From: Pelagomonas calceolata
Taxonomy: Eukaryota
NCBI GenBank assembly: GCA_918797485.1
Contig: CAKKNE010000006.1
Span: 1,364,001 to 1,428,000, forward strand
Direction of reading: 5' to 3'
Length of the DNA stretch: 64,000 bases
The notes under the pieces were generated by a model. It made no database searches. It was not told the DNA's origin and was given only the letters and a program-made list of their open reading frames with translations. Below are positions 21,315 through 30,986 of this stretch, piece after piece. The number at the start of each line of letters is the position of its first letter. The stretch's first letter is position 1. The translations under genes and the position numbers were made by a program.

Positions 21315-23195
21315 TTACGAATCCCCGTCCAGCAGGAACAGGAAGTCCTCGTCGCCGTACGTCTCCTCTTCATAATCATCCAACACTTCCCCGTCGTAGT
21401 CCAGGAACTCGCCCTCTTCATGCACCTCTTCGTCCTCCTCTTCCGACGCCTGCTTCAATTCCGAGTAGGGCGACCAGCCGACGGGATCGTACTCCAAATC
21501 GACGTCGTCGCCGATCATCACGAGGTCGCCCCGCACCGCACCTCGCGATTCAAGCTCGGCAGCCACGCCTAAAGCTTCCACGACCCTTCCAAACCGCGCG
21601 ACGGCGTCGGGCTGGTCGAACTTCGTCATCGCCGCGATCTTCTCCAAGCGCGGCGAGTCGACGCGCCACTGGCCCGCGTAGCCCTCCTTTGTACCATCGG
21701 TGATCGTGAAGCTGCTGTCGGCCTCCGGCGAGTTGGCGAAGGGCGGATCTAAGTCGACTCGTTCGCCGACCGGCGCGTACGTATCGGAAGAGTGCTTATC
21801 CACAAAACCTCGCAGCTTCGTCATCAATGCATCGACGCCCTTGCCGCTCAAGGCCGAGGCCGTCGCGACGCGAGTATGCTCGCACTTTGCTCGTAATTCT
21901 TGTACTAGCTGAGCTTCCCTCGATGCATCTAATGCGTCGACCTTGTTCAGGAGCACGACTCGAGGTTTTTTCGCGAGTGTATCGGAGTAACTTTCGAGCT
22001 CCCTGGAGATGATGTCGTAGTCCGCACAAGGGTCGTCCCTCGATGCGTCCACCACATGCAAGAGACAAGCGCAGCGTTCCACGTGCTTGAGGAACGCGTC
22101 GCCCAGCCCGACGCCCTGCGACGCCTTGTCGACGAGGCCCGGGATGTCGCAGATCACGAGGCCCTTCTCCTCCTCTCGCTCGACTTCCTCCTCTACGGTG
22201 GGTTCCTCATTCACCACACCGTCGAGGATGGCGTCGAGCTGCCTGTCCGCGAAGGCGTCTGCACTCGAGCCTGTAGATTTATCGATGCCCTCCGCGGCGC
22301 CCGCCTGGTCCACGAAAGGCCGCTTGTCGCCGCGGCGGCCCGTCGACCGTCGCCGCAGCTTCTGCCGCCGCTTCAGCTCGTTCTTCGTCGCGCCTCCTAC
22401 GGCAGAACGTCTACCACGCACCTTCTTCCGCGAATCTTTCGATAAAGAGGGCTCCCAGACTCCTAGATTGGGTACCAAGGTCGTAAAGGCATAATCCGCG
22501 ACCTTGGGATTCGCCGCCGTCGCGGACCGCAACAACGTCGACTTGCCCGCATTGGGCAGGCCCACGAGGCCCACGTCCGCGACTAATTGCAATTCGAGCA
22601 CTATACTGCGCGACGCGCCGCGCTCGCCGCGCTCCGCTATTCTGGGTGCCGTCCTTCTAGCGGTCTTGAACGCCGCGTTGCCCCGACCGCCTCTACCGCC
22701 TCTCGCGACTAACAACGCGTCTCCATGAGAACGTAATTCCCCGGCGACTTTTCCTGAGGAGGCTTCTCGGACCACAGTGCCGGGCGGCACGCGGATATAC
22801 GAATCCCTAGGAGCGCGAGCGTGTTTGTTCGAGCCTCGCCCATGCTGACCCCGCTCCGCCGTTCGGACCCGTCGCCGTCGCGCCACGCCCAAAGTATTGA
22901 GATTCCGATCGCAGACCACGATCACGGAACCGCCGCGCGCGCCGTTCCCACCATTGGGACCGCCCATGGCCACGTACTTTTCCCTCCGGAAACTCAAGCA
23001 GCCGTCGCCGCCGTCGCCGCCGCTGACGTCCAATCGAGCTTCATCCCAAAACCCAAGTTCTTCGGCGCGCCGTCTCCTATTTCTTTCCTTCTCGTCGAGG
23101 AGCGTCGAGTGTCGTCTGACTTGATTTGTCGTGGCGCGCGGCGGCGGCGTTAATGAGGCGCAGGTCGCCAGGACGAATGCGGCGCGCAGGAGCAT
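21315..23195 (-). CDS. obg: Plastid-targeted Obg/CgtA GTPase
   Basis: GGDGGDGCLSFRREKYVAMGGPNGG Obg fold, G1 GLPNAGKST, G2 YAFTTLVPNLG, G3 DIPGL, G4 NKVD, C-terminal OCT-like domain and an N-terminal signal peptide. Confidence 0.93.
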   Translation of the reverse strand: MLLRAAFVLATCASLTPPPRATTNQVRRHSTLLDEKERNRRRRAEELGFWDEARLDVSGGDGGDGCLSFRREKYVAMGGPNGGNGARGGSVIVVCDRNLNTLGVARRRRVRTAERGQHGRGSNKHARAPRDSYIRVPPGTVVREASSGKVAGELRSHGDALLVARGGRGGRGNAAFKTARRTAPRIAERGERGASRSIVLELQLVADVGLVGLPNAGKSTLLRSATAANPKVADYAFTTLVPNLGVWEPSLSKDSRKKVRGRRSAVGGATKNELKRRQKLRRRSTGRRGDKRPFVDQAGAAEGIDKSTGSSADAFADRQLDAILDGVVNEEPTVEEEVEREEEKGLVICDIPGLVDKASQGVGLGDAFLKHVERCACLLHVVDASRDDPCADYDIISRELESYSDTLAKKPRVVLLNKVDALDASREAQLVQELRAKCEHTRVATASALSGKGVDALMTKLRGFVDKHSSDTYAPVGERVDLDPPFANSPEADSSFTITDGTKEGYAGQWRVDSPRLEKIAAMTKFDQPDAVARFGRVVEALGVAAELESRGAVRGDLVMIGDDVDLEYDPVGWSPYSELKQASEEEDEEVHEEGEFLDYDGEVLDDYEEETYGDEDFLFLLDGDS

Positions 23196-23463
23196 GGCTG
23201 CTGCTGAAGTGCTGTCTGATGTGCTTCTCCGGTGTGTCGCTCGCCGCCGGTAGCGTTGCAGCACCGCTGTCTGCGACAAATGTCGTCCAGCAGCGATGCG
23301 TACGCTGATTTATAACACGCGTATGGCCGTGTGCGCGGCCGCTCTGGACTGCTACAGCAAAATGTCGCTGTGCGAGAAGTCGAGCGTCGAGAGCCTCGAC
23401 GGAAGACTTCCTGCGCGGGCCGAGAGGTCCTTGGAACAGAAGAGCGAGAGCTCAAATTAGTTT

Positions 23464-23481
23464 CTAGTGTCTCACAGCTAG
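23464..23481 (+). promoter_or_regulatory. Shortened CTAG...CTAG intergenic motif
   Basis: CTAGTGTCTCACAGCTAG between the divergent obg and cyclin genes. Confidence 0.45.
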
Positions 23482-23767
23482 TGTTTAGGCGGATTGACAA
23501 AAAGAGCGTCGTTATTTGCTTTTGCTCGCATAGCAGTGCACCAGTGCACGCTCTCGCGAGTTCAACACAAGCCTGCAGGAGCTGTGGGCGCCTCACAAGA
23601 ATTACGTCGTGCGCAGTGCTGCCATTTGCTGCAAACGGCAGTTCAGGTCAAAATCTGAATTTGAAGCGCACCGCCCGGCGACGCCCCGACGCAGCGCGCC
23701 AAACAGCGCCGCGCCGCCGCCGCGCCGCCACCGCATCGCTCCAAAGCGTACGCTACCGCCGCAGAGC

Positions 23768-24640
23768 ATGGAGTCCACCCCGACCTGGGTCGGCTTTGAG
23801 CACGAGGCGGCCAAGAAGCGCTACTGGTCTCAACTGAGAGCTAGAGAACGGAGCGACCCCGGCTTCTCGAGTCACGCTACTTATGTGAAGCACCGCCGCT
23901 TGTACGTGGACGGCGTCTGGCAGCTCTGCGAGGATCACCGCTTGGCGGAGACGACGGCGCACCTAGCGACGCGGTACTTCGACTTCGCGCTGCAGAAGAA
24001 CGAAGACGTATTATTCGACGAGTTTTCATTAGATGAATTACGCGTCGCTTGTGTCCTGTTAGCAGCAAAGTATGACGAGCACGAGGCGCCCCCACCTCGC
24101 GTGCTGCGGACGGCGTCCAACGAGCGCTTGGACGCCTTCCGGTTGCGGGATGCTGAGGCGAAGGTTGCGGAGGTTCTAGGCTGGCGCTTGGGTGTGGTCA
24201 CGTCGCTCGTCGCTCTTGACTTGGCTTCCGACTTGATAGTGGCTTCACCGGACATGGTGCGAGGCGCCCCGTTGCAGCGCTCGCCCAAGGCCTCGAAGTT
24301 CGTCGCGTCGTACGCGCGGTTCTTCTGCAACATGGCGTTGCAAGCCAATAGGTTCCAGACGGTGGCGCCCACTTTATTATGTAGCGCGGTGATCCGGGCG
24401 ACGCGCGAGTTATTGAACGTGGCGCCGGCTTGGCCTCCTCGGTTATCAAGGTTCACGGGCTATGGTGATGGGGAGTTATCTCGTCTCGCGCGGGACTTGC
24501 TGTCTTATTATAGGCGCGAGTTCCCGGAGCACCACGCTTCGGTCAGGTCCTTCGCCGCGTCGCCGAAGAGCGTCTTGGACGTCGCGCGGACGGAGCTGCA
24601 GTCGCCGATTCAGCAGTTGGACCTGGACCGGGACGCCTAG
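23768..24640 (+). CDS. Cyclin
   Basis: Cyclin box RRLYVDGVWQLCEDHRL..TAHLATRYFD..LRVACVLLAAKYDE..AEAKVAEVLGWRL, plus a cyclin C-terminal fold. Confidence 0.9.
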   Translation: MESTPTWVGFEHEAAKKRYWSQLRARERSDPGFSSHATYVKHRRLYVDGVWQLCEDHRLAETTAHLATRYFDFALQKNEDVLFDEFSLDELRVACVLLAAKYDEHEAPPPRVLRTASNERLDAFRLRDAEAKVAEVLGWRLGVVTSLVALDLASDLIVASPDMVRGAPLQRSPKASKFVASYARFFCNMALQANRFQTVAPTLLCSAVIRATRELLNVAPAWPPRLSRFTGYGDGELSRLARDLLSYYRREFPEHHASVRSFAASPKSVLDVARTELQSPIQQLDLDRDA

Positions 24641-24684
24641 TAGTTTTCGCTTAACACAAGTTTCGTTTTACACTCTACATCTTG

Positions 24685-24760
24685 GCGTCGATGGCGTCGC
24701 ACTCTCATCGCGTCGCGTCTATGGCGTCCAGTGGTCCGTCCACCTCGGCGCCATCGACGC
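24685..24760. repeat. Introner-related relic with a perfect 12-bp inverted repeat
   Basis: GCGTCGATGGCG (24685-24696) and CGCCATCGACGC (24749-24760) between two convergent 3' ends. Confidence 0.55.
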
Positions 24761-25618
24761 TCACGTGTTCTTCTTCCGCGCCGCGGGCAGCCCGCTGCTC
24801 GAGGCCATGGTCCGGCGGGCGGCCGCGGCGCGCGCTGCCTTTGCCATGTTCGTAGATGGCGCGCAGCAGTCCTTCAGCGTCCAGGCCGCATCTAACTGCG
24901 CATCAACAATGTCCAGCCGCGCCGCGATCGCCGGCCGCCTTTCCCTCCACTCCGTGTTCAGCACGGAATAGAGCCGCGCGTCCCTACTACATCCGTCCTC
25001 GATGCAGTACTTGCGCAGGACGCCCTCGAGCGCGAAGCCCGTCGCCTCGGCGAGCGCCGCGTCCGTCGGTTCGAGGACGCGCCACGCGATCCGCCGGTAG
25101 CCGCGCTGGACCAGGGCGTCGACGGTCGCGAAGAGCGCGAGTGGCGCGATGGCTTCGCTTCTTATTTTTACGTCGTTGATCCGCACGGCTAGATGCCGCG
25201 GCCGGTGGTCCGTGAGCTCGAGTGTACCGACCCTTTTTGGTGGCTTCAGCGACGCGTCGACTACTACTAACCATTCTGTTGTAGGAATACTTGGGTCATC
25301 CTCATCATCCTCATCAGCCCGTCTAACAATAATGCGCCGCGGCGCCTCGCCCTTCTTCGTTCGCGCGACGACCGTTGATGTCCCGAGCTCGGGCTTTTCC
25401 TTAAGCCGCTTCGCGGCCTCGAGCAGCTCGTCTACCAGCTTCGGGCGCGGCGGCGCCGGCTTGTCCCCGTTCGCCTCGGCTCGTAATCGATCTATCGAGC
25501 CGCCTTTCACGAAGAGCACGGCTACGGTGATGATTGTGCCCACGAACACGGCGCAGCCGCACGCGATGCCGATGAGTTGCGGCGTTTGGATGGCGAGGAG
25601 CGGGTGTGGTGGGGCCAT
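24761..25618 (-). CDS. Membrane-anchored GNAT (RimJ/RimL-like) acetyltransferase-domain protein
   Basis: N-terminal hydrophobic helix, and GYRRIAWR...GFALEGVLRK...RDARLYSVLNTEW typical of the RimL-type GNAT C-terminus. Confidence 0.75.
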   Translation of the reverse strand: MAPPHPLLAIQTPQLIGIACGCAVFVGTIITVAVLFVKGGSIDRLRAEANGDKPAPPRPKLVDELLEAAKRLKEKPELGTSTVVARTKKGEAPRRIIVRRADEDDEDDPSIPTTEWLVVVDASLKPPKRVGTLELTDHRPRHLAVRINDVKIRSEAIAPLALFATVDALVQRGYRRIAWRVLEPTDAALAEATGFALEGVLRKYCIEDGCSRDARLYSVLNTEWRERRPAIAARLDIVDAQLDAAWTLKDCCAPSTNMAKAARAAAARRTMASSSGLPAARKKNT

Positions 25619-25754
25619 CGCGCTGGCTCTCTGTGGCTTATGAGCCAGCAGCGATGCCAACGACTGCAGCCGCTACTCTTGGCGAGTCGTAGTGTTGAAA
25701 TGTGCACGTTTGCCGCCCCTTGGGTGCAGGTGTACGTCGCCGCAGCGTTTTCAG

Positions 25755-25776
25755 CTAGCGGCGTGTAAGACACTAG
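25755..25776 (-). promoter_or_regulatory. CTAG...CTAG intergenic motif
   Basis: CTAGCGGCGTGTAAGACACTAG between divergent genes. Confidence 0.6.
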
Positions 25777-25857
25777 CCTTTGCCAGGCTAGAGGGCGATT
25801 GCTGCTTTCAGAAGGCCGGGATATTGACCCATAGCCTAAAAAACCAACGCGCCCAAC

Positions 25858-26283
25858 ATGCTGGGGAGACGGCTGGCAGCAACGGGCGGCCGCTCAGGCC
25901 TTACCGCATCGAGAAACTCGACGGCAGCGCTTAGGAGAGCCCCTACCTCAATTAGGGCTATTTCAGCCCCTGCGCGGGGCGCCGGCGGCCCCACCGCCCG
26001 CGCCGCCGCTAGAGCGCTTTCGGCCCAGCCCCGCCCCTACGAAGGGCCCTACTACTTCACCCCCGGCGGCGCTTTTCCCCTCGACGACGACAGAAACCCG
26101 CCGCGGGGACCCGGCGGCGGCCACCCCGCCTCCATCGCGCTCCCGGATCCGGCGCGGCCATCGAACGAGGACGCCATGCTCTTCCCCGACCCCGTCGCCG
26201 CTTTAGACGCCGCGGCTGCGTTGCGCGCCGACCAGGACGCGCGGCGGCTACACGCCGACGACGATGTCGCGAAAGCGGCATGA
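25858..26283 (+). CDS. Small hypothetical protein with a mitochondrial-like presequence
   Basis: Arg/Ala/Ser-rich acid-free N-terminus; fills the gap downstream of a motif copy. No domain recognised. Confidence 0.45.
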   Translation: MLGRRLAATGGRSGLTASRNSTAALRRAPTSIRAISAPARGAGGPTARAAARALSAQPRPYEGPYYFTPGGAFPLDDDRNPPRGPGGGHPASIALPDPARPSNEDAMLFPDPVAALDAAAALRADQDARRLHADDDVAKAA

Positions 26284-26350
26284 CCCCCCATCGCTGTGTA
26301 AAGTAAACATCCCAATCATCTGCCAAAAAAAACAATACCTCACATTACGC

Positions 26351-26985
26351 CTATCGCGGCGGCCTGATGTTTAGGACCTTGACATCGAAGGCCACAACGC
26401 CGGCCACGTCGGCGCCGAGGCCCGCCGTTTCCTGCGTCTTCCGGTTGTCGTTCAACACGGTGCCGTAGAGCCGGTTCCGGAAGGCCGGCGACCGTGGCAC
26501 CTGTGTGGCCGTCGACGAGTGAGAAATTGCACTACCTCACGCCATCGAGCAGACTCGGGGTCACGCACGGGCTCCTTCACGCGGTCGACGTACGCGAGCT
26601 TCGAGGGCACGACCGTCCGCCGCACCTCGCCCACGCGCGCCCCCACCAACGCGCGCTCGAGACCCTCGACAACCAAACCTTGGCCGAGCTGCAGCCGGTA
26701 AGGATCCCCGTCCTCGCGCGAGTCCTCGAAGGTCCATCCCTGCTTGCCCACGAGGCGCCCCACGAGCTCCACCAGCACAATCGAGTCCCGCCCCACTACG
26801 GCATCGCCGCGGCCCTCCGTGATCTGTGCCACCGTCAGACCGTCCCCAAGATCCTTGAACTGGAGGTCGCGCGCCACCGCTGCGGCTGGCGCCAATGCCG
26901 TAGAAGTGGCGCCGGCGACGAATTGCCGCCTCGTCGATGGCTGCAGGCCGCTGACGGCTACGCACAGCAGCGGGAGCGCCCGCAT
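26351..26985 (-). CDS. FKBP-type peptidyl-prolyl isomerase, probably thylakoid lumen; exons 26985-26569 and 26500-26351
   Basis: LGQGLVVEGLERALVGARVGEVRRTVVPSKLAY. Splicing 26501-26568 adds ...VVAFDVKVLNIRPPR*. Signal peptide plus RR motif. Confidence 0.85.
26501..26568 (-). mobile_element. Spliceosomal intron (68 bp), degenerate introner
   Basis: GTGCGT...GGCCACACAG. The family terminus CCACACAG and internal CTGCTCGATGGCGT are present. Only GTGC remains of a TSD. Confidence 0.65.
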
Positions 26986-27221
26986 CGCTGCTCTCAACCC
27001 TCGGCGTTCATGCCGGCAGGTCAAAGCACTGCCGCAGACGTTGTGCAGTGGCTGGTTTCGCCCACGCAGTGCGGCAGGACCGCTGCACTGGCCTGCACAG
27101 AGAGCAAGCGCTGCGCCTCTGTGAAAGCTAAAAAGCAGGCTAGCGCGCTGGATTGGTTTTTAGCGGCGTGCGCAGGCGCCGCATCGCTGCTGCAAAGACG
27201 TATCATTGGAAGCGATACGCG

Positions 27222-28025
27222 ATGTCCAAGGACACAGCCACAGCTAAGGACACGACCACCAATGAGTCCGCCTTGCCGATGGCGGCGCTCGCCGGCGCCG
27301 GCGCCGCGCTGCTCGCCTTGGTGGCCATCCCGGCGCCCTTCCTGCTGCCGGCGCTGCGCAAGCATTGTTTGCCGTACGTCGCGGCGAACGCGCAGCAGCT
27401 CGAATTGCTCGAAAAGGCCTGTAGGAGGCGCGGCGTAGAAGGCGCGGCCAAACGAATCGTGGACCTGGGCAGCGGCGACGGCGTCGTCTGCGTGGAGCTC
27501 GCAAAACGATTGGGCGTGGAGGCTCGGGGCGTCGAACTGAACCCCTGGCTCGTCTACTACTCAAGGTACTCGGCCTGGCGCGAGAACGTGGGCGAGCTCT
27601 GCACGTTCGAGCGCGGCGACCTCTTCAAGGCGGACGTGTCGGACGCGGACGCCGTCGCGCTCTTCGTCGTCCCGGCGATGATGGCGGATCTCGAGAAAAA
27701 GCTCGCGCGGGAGTTGCCAGCCGACGCGTGTGTGTTAGCGGCGCGCTTCCCGCTGGCGACGTGGACGGAAACACGCCACGAGGCGCACACAATCAAGTCG
27801 CGCGGCTACAACGTGAACCAGCTCTGGGAGTACGAGCTAGATCCTGCTGTTGTCCGGGCGCTGCGTGAGGAGCCGTCGTCGTCGCCGCCGCGATATAACA
27901 TTGTTGATTTGTCCTTGATGGGTGCGGGTATTTGTGATTTTTGCAACCTTTGTGCGCGGCTCAAACGAGCCGCATCGATCATTTGGATTGAGCAGAAGAC
28001 TGTGGTGCAACAACTCTTTGGGTGA
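27222..28025 (+). CDS. FAM173/ATPSCKMT-like SAM-dependent lysine methyltransferase
   Basis: TM segment followed by LPYVAA, IVDLGSGDG, GVELNPWLV, LAARFPL. Confidence 0.8.
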   Translation: MSKDTATAKDTTTNESALPMAALAGAGAALLALVAIPAPFLLPALRKHCLPYVAANAQQLELLEKACRRRGVEGAAKRIVDLGSGDGVVCVELAKRLGVEARGVELNPWLVYYSRYSAWRENVGELCTFERGDLFKADVSDADAVALFVVPAMMADLEKKLARELPADACVLAARFPLATWTETRHEAHTIKSRGYNVNQLWEYELDPAVVRALREEPSSSPPRYNIVDLSLMGAGICDFCNLCARLKRAASIIWIEQKTVVQQLFG

Positions 28026-28150
28026 CGAGCCGCTGCAGCAAAAAGCAGCAGCCGTAACAACCCAGGAGCATTTTGCACACAAATCACAGCACTGCAAACG
28101 CGCTCCTACGCAGCGAACGACCGGCAAACGCACCGCATAACTGCAGCATC

Positions 28151-29697
28151 ATGTCTTCCCAGCAGTCCACGCCCACGGCGCACGCCACGCCCCTCGCCTC
28201 GCCCGGCGAGGCGAGCCCGCGGCGACGGCGCGGCGGCTCCTTCGGTGACTCTTTGAGAGGCACGCCCGCGCCCAACATCTCGCCGCCGGCGCGCGCCACC
28301 GTGAAGTCGTCGCGGCGCAAGTCCGGTAGCTTTGACGATGATGATGATGACGAATCTGGGAGGCGTTTAGATTTGGCTTTGTTACCGCGGGCGTCGCGGC
28401 GGAACTTGCAACGGCAGAAGCGCGCACGCGTCGTAGAAATGCACGCCAGTGGCAAGCAAACTACACTCTTTTTACGAATGAGGGAGCTCCAGCAGCTCGT
28501 GCGGGACGCGGTGCCGAAGGCGCGGCATCCGTCGCAAACGGATTTACATAAGCGCAAGGCCCACAACGCCTTGCACCCGCGAGATCTACGGGCCGTCGAC
28601 GCGACGAACCCGCACGCCTGCAAGAATCCGAGCGTGGTCGTGAGACAACATGTGATCGTGTGCAATTTTCCACCTTTACGATGCGTCGTCGTGTGGGATA
28701 GATTACTCGCCTTACTACCGGCGGACGACCACGAGTTGGCGGATGAGTTGCAGAGACAGCTCGCGGACCAGCTCTACCCTGACACTTCAGCAAAGCCGGT
28801 CGCGACCTGTGTGGAACTCAAATTCTCGCGGCGCCTCCGCCACTGCTGAATCATGGCCTCTACGCCATCGACGCGACACCTGCTCGACGGCGTGGATTTG
28901 TCGGTTCCTCACCGCTCGACGGACGGCACCCGACTCACCGTTTGATTTGCGCACAGGTCTCCACCGACGACGTTAATACTAGTATAGAGGAGAATGAGTC
29001 CTCGCAATCATTACCGGAGCTGGACGACGAGGCGCCCTTCGAACTAAGGGCGTTGGAAGCGGTTCTAAGGACTTGTACTTTGAGACTCGACGCGGCTTGC
29101 GAAGAAGTGGAACCGGTCGCGGAAGAAACGATGCGCGAACTCCAAACAGCTAGACAAGTAGCATTAGCTTCCCTGGAAAGGTTACGCCACGTCAAGAACG
29201 CCGTCTCTCATCTAGAAGCGAGGACGCGCGACACGGCCGAAGCGTTGGAGGCGATCCTCGACGAGGACGAGGACATGTGCATGATGCGTTTATCTTTACT
29301 CAGGGAGCGGCCGCGGTTGTTCGATCCTCCTATCAGTCCTGAGTTACTGACGCAGCATGAGGACGTCGAATTGCTACTCGAATCCTATCTACAGGATGCG
29401 GAGGCGGTGCAAACGAGGCTGGAATTGATCCGACTGCGTATTGATAATGCGGAAGATCTCTTCGGGATGAAGCTCGACCTCGCGCGAAACCGGTTGATCA
29501 CGGCGGACACGATCTTCACTTTATTGGGTATGGTGGTGGGCGCCGGGGCCATGGTCGGCGGGTTCTTCGGCATGAACCTGCACCAGGAGAAGAGCTCGTT
29601 CGTCATCGTTTGTGTGGTCACTGCCTCTGCATTGATGCTGTCGACGGCGTTCGTCTTCTGGTATCTGGTGCGGTCGGGGACGCTCGTGCTGGCGTAA
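28151..29697 (+). CDS. MRS2: MRS2/CorA-family magnesium transporter; exons 28151-28798 and 28957-29697, ~462 aa
   Basis: LHPRDLR, PFELRALEAVL, EDVELLLESY, LDLARNRL and GMN motif between two C-terminal TMs. Intron removal gives an in-frame join. Confidence 0.9.
28799..28956 (+). mobile_element. Introner element (158-bp intron with TIRs and a degenerate 8-bp TSD)
   Basis: TSD GTCGCGAC/GTCTCCAC (6/8). TIRs CTGTGTGGAACTCAAA (28807-28822) and TTTGATTTGCGCACAG (28941-28956), 13/16 complementary. Confidence 0.85.
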
Positions 29698-29839
29698 TAT
29701 ACTTAATGTTCCTCTCGCGTCGATGGCGTTGGTGGGGCGTCTGTAGAGCGTTCGCGACTTTTTGGTGAGTTGAAAAAACGGGTTTTCCAAGCCGAGTCAA
29801 GCCGCCGCGCAAGCCCAATAACTCACCGCAAAACGCAAG

Positions 29840-30958
29840 ATGATCCTCACAACATGCGCCGCCTGCGCCGCCCCACTGGCCCACGACGCGCCGCGTTGTG
29901 TGCGCTGTAAAATTCGCTATTGTGACTCGACTTGCCAGCATGACCACTGGCGCCGCGGCCACAAGCAGATGTGTAAGAAAATACACCGCGGCGGCAACGC
30001 AGAACAGTATAATGCAGACAAAAAATACAAGGAGGCCGTCGCGGTCGCGGTCGAGGCGTGCGCCAAGGACACGAAGGGCCAGACGTGCTACATCTGCACG
30101 CAGGCCCTCCACTGGAAGACGAAGGAGGGCCTCGTGCGCATGTGTGCGTGCCGCGGGACGGCGGGCTTCGCGCACGTGTCGTGCTTGGCGGAGCAGGCGA
30201 AGATTTTGGTCGCGGAGGTCGAGGAGAATAATTTGGGCGACAAAGCGATGGATGTGAGGTTTGCACGGTGGTACTCATGTAGCCTGTGCGAGCAACAATA
30301 CCATGGCGTCGTGGGCTGCGCGCTCGGGTGGGCGTGCTGGAAGACGTACCTGGGCCGGCCGGAGACGGACACGGCTCGGAAATTGGCGATGAACCTGCTT
30401 GGGAATAGTCTAGCCATTGCAAACCATCACGTAGACGCGTTGACCGTGAAAGAGGCCGAGTTGTCAATGCACCAGCGCGTTGGCGGACCAGAAGAGCACA
30501 TACTCGCCACGCGGAGCAATCTTGCGATGACGTATCGGGCGCTCGGACGGGAGGAAGAGGCACTGCACCTGCGTCGAGAGGTATACTCCGGACGTTTGAA
30601 GCTTAATGGCGAAGAACATGAAGAGACTCTCCGAGCGGCCTTCAACTACGCGAACTCCCTTCTTAGTCTACAGCGCTACGCAGAAGCCAAGGCACTGTTG
30701 CGCAAAACGATGCCTGTGGCGCGTCGTGTTCTCGGAGAGGGTAATAGACTCACGCTCAAGATGAGGTGGACTTACGCGAAGGCGCTCTACAAAGACAACC
30801 GCGCTACGCTCGATGATCTCCGCGAGGCCGTGTCGACGCTTGAGGACGCGGAACGGACCGCGCGGCAGGTGCTGGGCGGCGTGCACCCGACCACGGGAGA
30901 GATCGAGCGTGCCCTACGAGACGCGCGAGCCGCGCTCCAAGCCGCGACGGAGAAGTAA
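29840..30958 (+). CDS. MYND-type zinc finger + RING-CH-like finger + TPR-like repeat protein
   Basis: CAAC..CVRC..YCDSTCQHDHWRRGHKQMC, CYIC...CACRGTAGFAHVSCL, and kinesin-light-chain-like TPRs (LGEEH-type). Confidence 0.85.
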   Translation: MILTTCAACAAPLAHDAPRCVRCKIRYCDSTCQHDHWRRGHKQMCKKIHRGGNAEQYNADKKYKEAVAVAVEACAKDTKGQTCYICTQALHWKTKEGLVRMCACRGTAGFAHVSCLAEQAKILVAEVEENNLGDKAMDVRFARWYSCSLCEQQYHGVVGCALGWACWKTYLGRPETDTARKLAMNLLGNSLAIANHHVDALTVKEAELSMHQRVGGPEEHILATRSNLAMTYRALGREEEALHLRREVYSGRLKLNGEEHEETLRAAFNYANSLLSLQRYAEAKALLRKTMPVARRVLGEGNRLTLKMRWTYAKALYKDNRATLDDLREAVSTLEDAERTARQVLGGVHPTTGEIERALRDARAALQAATEK

Positions 30959-30986
30959 GTCTCGGATAGTTAAGCGGGGAGAGGAC

